A stretch of 64,000 nt of DNA from an uncultured delta proteobacterium. Its GTDB lineage: Bacteria; Myxococcota_A; Polyangia; Polyangiales; Polyangiaceae. The stretch spans positions 4,096,001 through 4,160,000 of the forward strand of contig CAWAIF010000003.1 in the NCBI GenBank assembly GCA_963782055.1, written 5' to 3'. Of the stretch, positions 43,210 to 52,382 are shown in pieces. Below the pieces are notes generated by a model, which ran no database searches, was not told the origin of the DNA, and saw only the letters and a program-made list of their open reading frames with translations. The translations under genes and the position numbers were made by a program. Position 1 is the stretch's first letter, and every line of letters starts with the position of its first letter.

Positions 43210-45318
43210 ATGACGTGGGCCAGGATAGACCGGCTCGCGGCCTGCGCGCTCGCGTTCGCCGCGGCGGCGGGGTGCCGCGCCGGAAGTATGCAAACTGCAC
43301 ACATCGAGCGTGTCCCCGCGGTGCGCGACGCAGGCGCGCCGCGGGCCGCAGCCGACACGGCGCCGGAGGCCGACGCGGGCGCGCCCCCCGCCCCGCCGCT
43401 CTTCCCTCCCCCGCGGCAGGGATCCAGCGTGGCCCGGTCGGCCGACGGTGCGCGACTGTACGTCGCCGACGAGGACCACCACGCGCTGCGGGTGCTGCGC
43501 ACCTCCGACGCTGCGGCGCTGCTCGACACGCTCGGTCCGGTGCCACCCGCGCGGCTGCGCAGCCGCGAGATCCCCCTGCCCGGCCGCCCGGCGCAGATCG
43601 TGGTGACGGCCGACCGCGTGCTCGTCACCGTGCGCGATCCCGGGATGCTCCTCTCTTTCCGCGACCCGGAGGCGGGCCGACAGCCGGGCGACGGCAGCGC
43701 GCTGGTGGAGACCGGCCGCGCCTCGGTCCCGCAGGACGCGTGGGGCGTGGCGGTGGACGCGCGTGGCCAGTACGCGCTGGTGACCTCCGCGTGGACGCAC
43801 CGCGTGACCCGCGTCGACCTGGACTCCATGAAGGCGCGCTGGAGCGTGGATGTCCCGCGGGAGCCGCGCGGGGTCGTCGTCCGGCCGGACGGCGCGGGCG
43901 CCTACGTCAGCCACCTGACCAGCGCGCAGATCACCCGGCTCGCGAGGCTCGACGCGCCCGCCCCGGTCGTGCGTGACGTGGACCTTCCGGCAGCGCCGCT
44001 CCGGCGCGAGGGGGACACCCCGCTGGAGGCGTCGCTCGGCTGGTCGCTCGCCCTGTCGGCGGACGGCTCGCGCCTCTTCGCCCCACGGCACGCGCTCGGC
44101 GCGGTCGCCCGGGACGCCTGGTTCGGCGTGGCCACGGTCGACGTGCTGCTCACCGCGAGTGACACGCCGCTCGCCGATCCGCGCCCGGTGCGGATGGACG
44201 AGGCGGAGGAGTCGGACTCGTCGGATCGCCTCGTCGACGGCGAGCGCGGGCCGATCGCCCTCGGCCCGCTCGCCTTCGTCACCCAGCCTCGCGCCGTGGC
44301 GCTGCGGCGAAGCTCGGGCACCCTTCTGGTGGTGGGGGAGGGCGACGCCACGCTGGCGGAGCTCCACGCCGGCGCCCTCGACCCGTCGCTGGCGGTCGCC
44401 TCGACCCGCACGTTGCGCGGGTGCGACGGCGCGGACGGCGTGGCGCTCTCCGGCGACGAGCGCGTCGCCTACGTGTATTGTGCAGCCAATTTCACCCTCG
44501 CCGCCGCGGACCTCGGCGGCGGCCGCGCGGTGGCCGCGACGCTCGCCGACGATCCGCTCCCCCCGCTCGCCGCGGCCGGCCGCCGCGCCTTCTTCGACGC
44601 CACGACGACGTCGCTCAGCGGAGGCCTCGCGTGCGACGGATGCCACCCGGAGGGGCGTGACGACGGGCACGTATGGCGCGAGATCACCACCATGGAGCTG
44701 CCCTTCGACAACCCCGGCGACGTCGAGCCGCGGGTCTTCGTGGGCGGTCCGCACACCGCGGACAAGCCGGGGATGGCGAGGCAGACGCCCATGCTGGCGG
44801 GCCGCGTCGACGCGGCCGGTCCCTACGGCTGGCACGCGGAGGACCCCGACCTGCAGAGCCGCATCATGGAGAGCACCCACCTGCACCGCTGGCGCGCGCC
44901 GTCCCGCTACGACGAGCGCGCCGTGCTGCGCACCGCGCGCGAGCTCGCCGCCTTCCTGCGGCAAGGTCTGGTGCCGCCGCCGGCGCGCACCGCGCCGCTG
45001 ACCCCGCTGGAGCGGCGCGGCGAGGCGCTCTTCGAGGGCGAGGCGCGCTGCACCATGTGCCACGTCCCCTCCGGCGGCTTCACCGATCGGTCCACGGCGC
45101 ACATCCGCTGGCCCTCCGACGACGGCTTCGCGCACGACCCCGCGCCCTTCCGCGTGCCGTCGCTGCGCTTCGTGAGCGGGACGGCGCCCTACTACCACGA
45201 CGGGAGCGCCGGGACGCTGGAGCAGCTCCTGGAAGAGGACGACGACCGCATGGGCCACACCAGCCAGCTCACCGACGACGACCGCGAGGCGCTCGCCGCC
45301 TACCTGAGGACGCTATGA
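43210..45318 (+). CDS. YncE/YVTN-type beta-propeller fused to di-haem cytochrome c peroxidase/MauG-like domain, lipoprotein
   Basis: AAGC lipobox; SADGARLYVA and similar blades; CDGCH, RQTPML, YGW, CTMCH, FRVPSLR..TAPYYHDGS. Confidence 0.85.
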   Translation: MTWARIDRLAACALAFAAAAGCRAGSMQTAHIERVPAVRDAGAPRAAADTAPEADAGAPPAPPLFPPPRQGSSVARSADGARLYVADEDHHALRVLRTSDAAALLDTLGPVPPARLRSREIPLPGRPAQIVVTADRVLVTVRDPGMLLSFRDPEAGRQPGDGSALVETGRASVPQDAWGVAVDARGQYALVTSAWTHRVTRVDLDSMKARWSVDVPREPRGVVVRPDGAGAYVSHLTSAQITRLARLDAPAPVVRDVDLPAAPLRREGDTPLEASLGWSLALSADGSRLFAPRHALGAVARDAWFGVATVDVLLTASDTPLADPRPVRMDEAEESDSSDRLVDGERGPIALGPLAFVTQPRAVALRRSSGTLLVVGEGDATLAELHAGALDPSLAVASTRTLRGCDGADGVALSGDERVAYVYCAANFTLAAADLGGGRAVAATLADDPLPPLAAAGRRAFFDATTTSLSGGLACDGCHPEGRDDGHVWREITTMELPFDNPGDVEPRVFVGGPHTADKPGMARQTPMLAGRVDAAGPYGWHAEDPDLQSRIMESTHLHRWRAPSRYDERAVLRTARELAAFLRQGLVPPPARTAPLTPLERRGEALFEGEARCTMCHVPSGGFTDRSTAHIRWPSDDGFAHDPAPFRVPSLRFVSGTAPYYHDGSAGTLEQLLEEDDDRMGHTSQLTDDDREALAAYLRTL

Positions 45319-45917
45319 GACGCACCGCCATCCCCTCCGCCATCCTGCTCGCCGCGCTCGGCGTGGTGATCGCCGCCACGGCGCGCGCCTCCTTCACGCC
45401 GCCGCCTCCCTCACCCGAGGCCGTCCCGCCCGCGCCCGCGACGCCCGCGCCGCCGCCGGCGACCAGCCACGCGGCGGCGTCCGGCGGAGGGGAGGTGGCG
45501 CTGCGTCTTCCTCCGCACCCCGCGATCATCACCCTGACGAGCCCGCTCCGCGGCACGCCGCGCACACCCTCGCGCAGGCCGACGAAGAAGGAGTGGGCCG
45601 GCGGCGCCGCGCTGGACGGCATACCCGCAGGCTGCGTTGCCCAGGTCGTGCGCGAGTGGCTCCGCATCGAGTGCAAGGACAGGCCTTTCGGCGCCGCCAC
45701 GCTGCTCAGCGGATCGCTCGAGCGCATGGGCGCCGACGTGCAGGACGGCGACGAGCACGCCCTCGTCGTCATCCAGATGCGGCCCGGCGACCGCCGCCTG
45801 ATCCAGCTCACGACGATGGAGATCCAGGACGCCTACGCCGGCACCGCGGCGCAGGACCCCGGCTTCACGCTGAGCGAGGTCTGGCTGGGCGAATCGCCCG
45901 AGGTCGTCATGAACTGA
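45315..45917 (+). CDS. Hypothetical secreted protein coupled to the di-haem gene
   Basis: ATGA overlap; signal peptide MRRTAIPSAILLAALG..ARA; C...VREWLRIEC. Confidence 0.7.
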   Translation: MRRTAIPSAILLAALGVVIAATARASFTPPPPSPEAVPPAPATPAPPPATSHAAASGGGEVALRLPPHPAIITLTSPLRGTPRTPSRRPTKKEWAGGAALDGIPAGCVAQVVREWLRIECKDRPFGAATLLSGSLERMGADVQDGDEHALVVIQMRPGDRRLIQLTTMEIQDAYAGTAAQDPGFTLSEVWLGESPEVVMN

Positions 45918-45925
45918 CGGCCGGA

Positions 45926-47914
45926 TCACGGCCGGGCGAGCACCGCCGGCCGGCTCACCGTCTCGCCGTGGAAGAATGACCGGACGAGCCGCTCGCGGCG
46001 GAGCACGCGTACGAGGTCCCTGCCCGGGACGAGCAGCCCGCGCACCGCGTCGTCGCCCACGCGGTAGACGCGCGCGGCGATCACCACGTCCGCCCCGGCA
46101 AAGGCGCCGCCGTCGATGGACGCGCCTCCCGCGGATGCGCGCAGCACCAGCCCGTCGCGCACGCGCGTGATCCCGCCGTCGGCGCGGCAGACGAAGCGGC
46201 CGCTCGGGTCGAGCACGCCGGCGCGGCGCACGTCGCGCAGCTCGCGACCGGTGGCGGCGTCGAAGATCCGCCAGGTGCCATCCTTCGCCTGCAGGTGCAC
46301 CGCGCGGCCGTCAGTGGAGAAGCGCACCTTGCTCCCGGTGGCCTGGATGGTGGCCACCCGCTTGCCCGCGGCGTCGAAGACGGCGCTCGTTCCGGCGCCC
46401 GCCACCACCACCTCACCGCCCGGACCGAAGGCCGCCTCGCGCGGGCCGCCAGCCCGCAGGTGTCGCGCCGCCTTCCATCCCCGCGTGTCGACCACCGTCA
46501 GCCCCCGCGCGCCGAGCACGGCGAGCCACCTGCCGTCCGGGGAGAAGGGCCGCGAGGCGAGCCGGCCCGGCGCCTGGAACACGACGCTCCTGTCGTCCAG
46601 ATCGCGCACCGTGACGACACCGCCGCCGCTCGCCGCGAGGATGGTGCTCGCGGTAGGGCTCCACGCGAAGCGATCCTGCGCCGCCCAGAAGAGGTCCACG
46701 CCCGCCGCCTCCGGGCGCCTCACCTCGAGGTGGCCGTCGTAGCCGAACGCCACACGCGCGCCGTCCGACGAGAGCGCCACTGCGCGCGGCATGCCCGGCG
46801 GCAGGTACGCCTCCTTGGTGTGCGGGTCGTACTGCTCGTCGCCGATGTGGTAGGCGACGCGCGTCGTCTGGTCCTGCACCCACACCGCCTTGTCGCCGTC
46901 CGGCGAGAGGTCCAGCAGCATCCGGTCGGGCCACGCCACCCCGGCGATCCAGGCGCGCGCCTCGCCGGGGCGGTAGAAGGAGAGCGCGGCGTCCTCCCCC
47001 ACCGCGGGATCGGCGGTGGCCAGCGCGACGCAGGTGCGACCGTCGGCGGCGAGCCACGCGCGGCCCTTCTGCGGCGTCGTCGGCTCCTCCCACGCCAGGC
47101 CCGGCTCGTCGCCCCCACCGATGGTGCGGATGCGCCGGAAGGGGTGCTCGGCGCCGTGGAAGAACTGGGCGCCGGAGACGAACACCCGGCGCGCGAAGGG
47201 ATCGACCACCGCGACGTCGACGCCGTCGTCCGTCACCGCCGTCCCCTGGTCGTCGACGCCTGGCGCGAAGTCGAGCACCGTCCAGAAGGGGCTCCGGTCG
47301 AGCCGAGCCGTCACCACCACGTCCCCTTGCTCCGACACGCGCACCGCGGCGACCGCGGCGGCGGGGGAGAGCGACAGGCGCCGCGTGATCACCCCGGTGC
47401 GCGCGTCCCACACCACGGCGGCGCGGGCGCCGCGTCGCAGCGCCGCCACCTGCGTGCCCTGCCGGTCGATGCCGGTCGCGCCGACCGGGCCGCACGCCGT
47501 GCCCGCGCAGTCGAGGGCGAGGATCACCGGCGGCGCCGATCCGCCGCGCACCACCAGACGGCCGCGCTCCTGCACGACGCGGCGCCCGTCGGCGCTCTTG
47601 CCCTCCTCCGCCTTCCACGCCGCGCACACCGAGGGCGGCACCGGCCCCCGGTACCAGCCGGTGGCCACGTCCCACAGCTCGCAGCGCGGGTTGCGGCCGC
47701 GCGCGTAGAGGCCGACGGAGCGCCCCTCTGGATCCCACACGTCGGGCGGCGAGGTGAGGGGCTTCTGCGGGATGCGATGTAGTGATCCCGGGTCGAACGG
47801 GACCGCCACCGGCCGCGCGCCCGCGGGCGCCACAGGCGCCGCCGAGAGCGCGACGCTCACCACGCGCGGCGACCGCGCTGCGTGGACACCGGACGGCGCG
47901 ACCGGGCGCGGCAC
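45926..47914 (-). CDS. WD40/beta-propeller repeat protein (start uncertain; frame stays open upstream past 48058)
   Basis: ELWDVATG, VVWDARTG, LSPDGD, LSSDGARVA, FSPDGRWLA, FSTDGR, IFDAATG blades; lipobox-like AGAGC lies just upstream of GTG 47914. Confidence 0.75.
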   Translation of the reverse strand: MPRPVAPSGVHAARSPRVVSVALSAAPVAPAGARPVAVPFDPGSLHRIPQKPLTSPPDVWDPEGRSVGLYARGRNPRCELWDVATGWYRGPVPPSVCAAWKAEEGKSADGRRVVQERGRLVVRGGSAPPVILALDCAGTACGPVGATGIDRQGTQVAALRRGARAAVVWDARTGVITRRLSLSPAAAVAAVRVSEQGDVVVTARLDRSPFWTVLDFAPGVDDQGTAVTDDGVDVAVVDPFARRVFVSGAQFFHGAEHPFRRIRTIGGGDEPGLAWEEPTTPQKGRAWLAADGRTCVALATADPAVGEDAALSFYRPGEARAWIAGVAWPDRMLLDLSPDGDKAVWVQDQTTRVAYHIGDEQYDPHTKEAYLPPGMPRAVALSSDGARVAFGYDGHLEVRRPEAAGVDLFWAAQDRFAWSPTASTILAASGGGVVTVRDLDDRSVVFQAPGRLASRPFSPDGRWLAVLGARGLTVVDTRGWKAARHLRAGGPREAAFGPGGEVVVAGAGTSAVFDAAGKRVATIQATGSKVRFSTDGRAVHLQAKDGTWRIFDAATGRELRDVRRAGVLDPSGRFVCRADGGITRVRDGLVLRASAGGASIDGGAFAGADVVIAARVYRVGDDAVRGLLVPGRDLVRVLRRERLVRSFFHGETVSRPAVLARP

Positions 47915-48056
47915 CGGCCCGGAGCAGCCCGCCCCCGCGAGGCCCGTGAGGACGACCGAGGCGAGGCTCGCGACGCACGCCGTGGTGAAGGTAACTTTAC
48001 CCCCGCCATCCCCGCGATCGCGCCCACCGCACGCTACGCTCCTCGACACGAGACTC

Positions 48057-49862
48057 ATGGTCCCTCGAAGAACGCTCCTCACCGTCCTCGTCATCCTGGC
48101 CGCGAGCTGCCAGCACCAGGCGGCCTCGCCGGTCGCGGCGACGCCCGCTCCCACCGCGCAGAGACCCGCGGCGTCCGCACCCGGCATGACCTCCGCCGAC
48201 GTGGACGCCGCCCTCCGCGCCGCCTGGCACGAGGCGGGCATCACGCCCAGCGCGCGCGCCTACGACGCGACGTTCCTCCGCCGTGCCTACCTCGACGTCG
48301 TCGGACGGCTCCCCCCGCCCGAGAAGGTGACCGCCTTCCTCGCCGACACGTCCACCGACAAGCGGGCGAAGCTCGTCGACGCCCTGCTCGCCTCGCCGGA
48401 GTACGCCGAGCACTGGACCGCGTTCTGGGACGACGTGCTGCTCGGCCACACCCGCGCCGCCGACATCGACCGGCAGGCCTTCCGCGCCTGGCTGCACGAT
48501 CAGTTCGCCAGAAACGTGCCGTGGGACAAGGTGGTCTACGCGCTCATCACCGCGACAGGGCAGAACAGCCTGGGAGGCAAGTTCGTCAAGCCGCTCCAGC
48601 AGGCGCACCACGAGCTGGACACCGGGCGCGTGGACGGCGCCGTCAACTACGTCCTCAAGTACCGGGACACGCCGCAGGACTTCGCCGGCAGCGCGTCGAA
48701 GACCTTCCTCGGCGTGCAGATCCAGTGCGCGCAGTGCCACGACCACAAGACGGAGAAGTGGAAGCAGACCGACTTCCAGAAGTTCGCCGCCTGCTTCATG
48801 CGCGCGCAGACGCTGCCCGTCGGCGACGTCCGCAACATGAAGGGCATCCGCACCGTCCGCGTGCGCGACATCCGCCGTCCCCTGCCCCGCTTCGTGAAGA
48901 ACCCCGACCTCGTCGACATGGCCCGCGCCACGCCCACCACGCTGGACGGCACGGTGCTGGAGGGCAACGTGCGGCAGGGCGTGGCCGCGTGGATCACGAA
49001 GAACCCGTGGTTGTCGCAGGAGATTGTCAACCGCATGTGGGCGCACTTCCTGGGGCGCGGCTTCGTCAACCCGGTCGACGACCTGCGCCCCTCCAACCCC
49101 GCGGTGATGGGCGACCTGATGAACGCGCTGGCGAAGGACTTCACCACGCACGGCTACGACCTGCACAGGCTCATCCGGATCATCGCCGGGACGCAGGCGT
49201 ACGGCCTCTCCGCCGCGCCGCCGCCGGGCGCGCCGGTGAAGGACGACGGCCGCGTCATCCCGCTCTGGTCGCGCTTCAAGATCACCCCGCTCGGCCCGGA
49301 GGAGCTCGCCAACGCCCTGGTGGGCGCCGCGGGGGTGGAGGGCGTCCTCAGCCGGATGACGCGCTCCGACGCGGCGGACGTGCGCGTGCGCTTGACGCAG
49401 CTCTTCTCCTTCGTCTTCGACGTGGACGAGGAGATCGACCAGCCGCGCTTCGAGGGCACCATCACCCAGGCGATGCTGCTCCTCAACGGCAAGCTCACCG
49501 TCGGCGGCTCGAGCGCGCTGCCGCCGACGGCGCTCGGTCACATCGTCCGCTCCGGGGAGCCCGGCCCGGAGATGGTGACCAATCTCTACCTCCGCACGCT
49601 GTCGCGGCCCCCGACGAAGGAAGAGCTCGCCGCGGCGATGGAGTACGTCGCCTCCGCACCGCCGCCCGGCCGGCCCCCCGAGGCCGCGCCGGCGGAAAAG
49701 GGAAAGGGAGCGGGCAAGGGCAAGGGGCGCGGGTTCGGGCGCGGGCCGGATCCCACGCGGCGCCTGCGCGCCATCCCCCGCGCGCGCAACCCGCGTGTCG
49801 CCGCGCTGGAGGATGTCTTCTGGGCGCTGCTCAACTCCAGCGAGTTCGTCTTCAATCACTGA
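48057..49862 (+). CDS. DUF1549/DUF1553 (PSCyt2/PSD1) domain lipoprotein
   Basis: LAASC lipobox; D.TFLRRAYLD..GRLP, KRAKLVD.LL.S, FLGVQIQCAQCHDH, VNRMW..FLGRG.V.PVDD, WALLNSSEFVFNH. Confidence 0.92.
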   Translation: MVPRRTLLTVLVILAASCQHQAASPVAATPAPTAQRPAASAPGMTSADVDAALRAAWHEAGITPSARAYDATFLRRAYLDVVGRLPPPEKVTAFLADTSTDKRAKLVDALLASPEYAEHWTAFWDDVLLGHTRAADIDRQAFRAWLHDQFARNVPWDKVVYALITATGQNSLGGKFVKPLQQAHHELDTGRVDGAVNYVLKYRDTPQDFAGSASKTFLGVQIQCAQCHDHKTEKWKQTDFQKFAACFMRAQTLPVGDVRNMKGIRTVRVRDIRRPLPRFVKNPDLVDMARATPTTLDGTVLEGNVRQGVAAWITKNPWLSQEIVNRMWAHFLGRGFVNPVDDLRPSNPAVMGDLMNALAKDFTTHGYDLHRLIRIIAGTQAYGLSAAPPPGAPVKDDGRVIPLWSRFKITPLGPEELANALVGAAGVEGVLSRMTRSDAADVRVRLTQLFSFVFDVDEEIDQPRFEGTITQAMLLLNGKLTVGGSSALPPTALGHIVRSGEPGPEMVTNLYLRTLSRPPTKEELAAAMEYVASAPPPGRPPEAAPAEKGKGAGKGKGRGFGRGPDPTRRLRAIPRARNPRVAALEDVFWALLNSSEFVFNH

Positions 49863-49880
49863 GAGGGCGCCGAGAAAACG

Positions 49881-51128
49881 ATGGATCGACGAAGCTTTCT
49901 GCGTGCCTCCGTCTCCGGCTTCCTCGGCGCGATGCTCGCCCGGCAGGCCGGCGAGTCCACCGCCTGGGCCGGCGACGCCCCCGCGCGACCGCGCCCGCGC
50001 GCCACCTCGGTCATCGTCCTGTGGATGAACGGCGGGCCCAGCCACCTGGACACCTGGGATCCCAAGCCCGGCGCCGCCACCGGCGGGCCCTTCAAGGCCA
50101 TCAAGACGAAGAACCCGAAGCTCACCGTCTGCGAGCACATGCCGCGCCTCGCAGCCACCGGCGATCGGCTCACCGTGCTGCGCGGGATGGCGAGCAAGGA
50201 GGGCAACCACCAGCGCGCGCAGTATCTGATGCACACCGGCTACTCCCCCAACCCGACGGTGGTGCACCCGTCGCTCGGCGGGTGGATCGCCAAGAAGGTC
50301 GGCGCCCCGCCCAACGGCCTCCCGCCCTTCGTCAGCCTGGGCGGGCCGAGCTACGGCGCCGGCTTTTTGGGCGTGCAGTACGGCCCCTTCGTCGTGCAGA
50401 GGGCGGGCGAGCTCCCCGACGACACGCGCGCCGGCGTGGACGACGCGCGCTTCGGCCGGCGCCTCGGCCTGCTGGACAGGATGGAGGCCGGCTTCGCCGC
50501 GCGCACCGGACAAGGCTTCGTCGACGACCGCCGCGCGGTCTACGGGCAGGCGCGGCGCATGATGAGCTCCAAGGACCTCGCGGCCTTCGACGTCTCGAGC
50601 GAGCCGGCCGCGGTCAGGCAGGCCTACGGCGACACCGACTTCGGCCGCGGGTGCCTGGTGGCGCGTCGCCTCGTCGAGTCCGGCGTGAAGCTGGTGGAGG
50701 TGGTGCTCGACGGCTGGGACACGCACAAGGACAACTTCAACCGCGTGAAGAAGCTCCTCGGCACGCTCGACCCGGCGATGAGCGCGCTCGTCGGCGATCT
50801 CCGCCACCGCCGCCTCCTCGACACGACGCTGGTGCTCTGGATGGGCGACTTCGGCCGCACGCCCCGCGTCAACGGCAACGAGGGTCGCGATCACTGGCCG
50901 CACGCGTGGAACGCGGTGATGGCGGGCGGCGGCACGCGCCCGGGCGTCCTGGGCGGGACCGACGCGCGCGGGGAGAAGGCGGCCGGAAAGCCCTTCGGCG
51001 TGCCCGATCTGATGGCGACCGCGACGACGCTGATGGGCATCGACCCCGACGAGGAGGTCATCTCCCCCATCGGCCGGCCCATCGCCGTCACCGACGGCGG
51101 CACACCCATCGCCGCTGCCATCGCGTAG
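49881..51128 (+). CDS. DUF1501 domain protein, Tat-exported
   Basis: MDRRSFL twin-arginine signal; GGPSHLDTWDPKP, FGRGCL.ARRLVE.GV, GWDTH, GDFGRTP, GRDHW. Confidence 0.92.
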   Translation: MDRRSFLRASVSGFLGAMLARQAGESTAWAGDAPARPRPRATSVIVLWMNGGPSHLDTWDPKPGAATGGPFKAIKTKNPKLTVCEHMPRLAATGDRLTVLRGMASKEGNHQRAQYLMHTGYSPNPTVVHPSLGGWIAKKVGAPPNGLPPFVSLGGPSYGAGFLGVQYGPFVVQRAGELPDDTRAGVDDARFGRRLGLLDRMEAGFAARTGQGFVDDRRAVYGQARRMMSSKDLAAFDVSSEPAAVRQAYGDTDFGRGCLVARRLVESGVKLVEVVLDGWDTHKDNFNRVKKLLGTLDPAMSALVGDLRHRRLLDTTLVLWMGDFGRTPRVNGNEGRDHWPHAWNAVMAGGGTRPGVLGGTDARGEKAAGKPFGVPDLMATATTLMGIDPDEEVISPIGRPIAVTDGGTPIAAAIA

Positions 51129-51189
51129 CCCCGACGGCGCACCCACCCGCGCGTTGCGGTCGCTCTCCGACGACATGTACCCTGCATGC

Positions 51190-52269
51190 ATGCGTACCGT
51201 CGTCAGGGTCGTGCTGGTCACCTTCACGCCGGTCCTCGCCTGCCTCGCGAGCTGCAGCGACGGCGGGGAGGGCCTGCCGCCCGTCGACGCCGGAAGCGGC
51301 GCGGACTCCGGGCTCCCCTCCGACGCCGCATCCCCGGACGACGGCGCGGCCCCGGAGGCCGCGACCGGCACGCCTCCGCCCTGCGGCCCGGACTACGGCG
51401 CGGACGAGCCGCGCTTCGACGCCGATGCCGGCACCCTGGTGCTCAGGGACGACATGGATGGCTACGCCTCCACCGCCGACCTCTTCCCGGCGTGCAAGGC
51501 GCCCGGACCGGCGGCGTTCGTCGACTCGTCGTGGCTCAACTGCTCCAACGCCGGACCGAACACCACCCACGTGCAGACGATCGCCCCGGGTCGCGGCGGC
51601 GCGGGCAAGGCGCTGCGCCTCGTCTACGACGGCGTGAACCAGGAGTCACCCGGCCTCTCGACCAACCCGATGGCCACCGGGCCCACCGCCGCCGTGCAGA
51701 CGATGTACGTCTCGCACTGCGCGCGCCTCACGCCCGCCGCGCCGCTCGGCTCGCAGGCCGTCGCCTTCAAGTTCATCCTCTTCTATCACCAGAATTACGA
51801 CCGCATTCAGTTCAACACCCATGACCACCTGCCCTGGAGCGGCGGCAGCTTCCCGACGTACTGGCAGGTCTACGACGGCAGCCGCGAGACGGTCTCGCAG
51901 GGCGATCAGGCGCTGGGTCCGCACTTCAACGAGGACATCGCGGTGCCCGGCGCGACGTGGCACCGCTTCACCTACGCGTACCGGCAGAACACCACCGCCG
52001 ACAACGAGGGCAAGAGCCTGCCCTTCCCCGCCTCCTCGCGTGACGGCTTCGCGCGCATGTGGATCGACGGGACCAAGGTCATCGACATCTCGCAGGCGAC
52101 GGTGGGCGTGACGCCGCAGGGCGGCGAGAAGCCCTGGTGCACGGAGGACGACGTCGACGCGCTGTCGGGGCCCGACGGGATCATCCGCGTCGCGTTCGGC
52201 GGGGCGCTGACCGCGGGCCACACGGCGTTCACCTTCGACATCGACGACTTCGCGTGGTGGACGCAGTGA
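51190..52269 (+). CDS. Lipoprotein with probable polysaccharide-lyase/concanavalin-like beta-sandwich
   Basis: LASC lipobox, DAG linker; GKALRLVY, W.RFT, DGFARMWIDG.KV, FDIDDF strands. Confidence 0.65.
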   Translation: MRTVVRVVLVTFTPVLACLASCSDGGEGLPPVDAGSGADSGLPSDAASPDDGAAPEAATGTPPPCGPDYGADEPRFDADAGTLVLRDDMDGYASTADLFPACKAPGPAAFVDSSWLNCSNAGPNTTHVQTIAPGRGGAGKALRLVYDGVNQESPGLSTNPMATGPTAAVQTMYVSHCARLTPAAPLGSQAVAFKFILFYHQNYDRIQFNTHDHLPWSGGSFPTYWQVYDGSRETVSQGDQALGPHFNEDIAVPGATWHRFTYAYRQNTTADNEGKSLPFPASSRDGFARMWIDGTKVIDISQATVGVTPQGGEKPWCTEDDVDALSGPDGIIRVAFGGALTAGHTAFTFDIDDFAWWTQ

Positions 52270-52382
52270 GCGGAGGGCGGCGCAAACCGTTCGGCGCCAT
52301 GCAGCCCGTGCGGGCATGAACCGAGCGCGCGCGACGACCAATCGCCCCTGGCGAATGTGGACATGCGCCCTACGTTGAAGGC

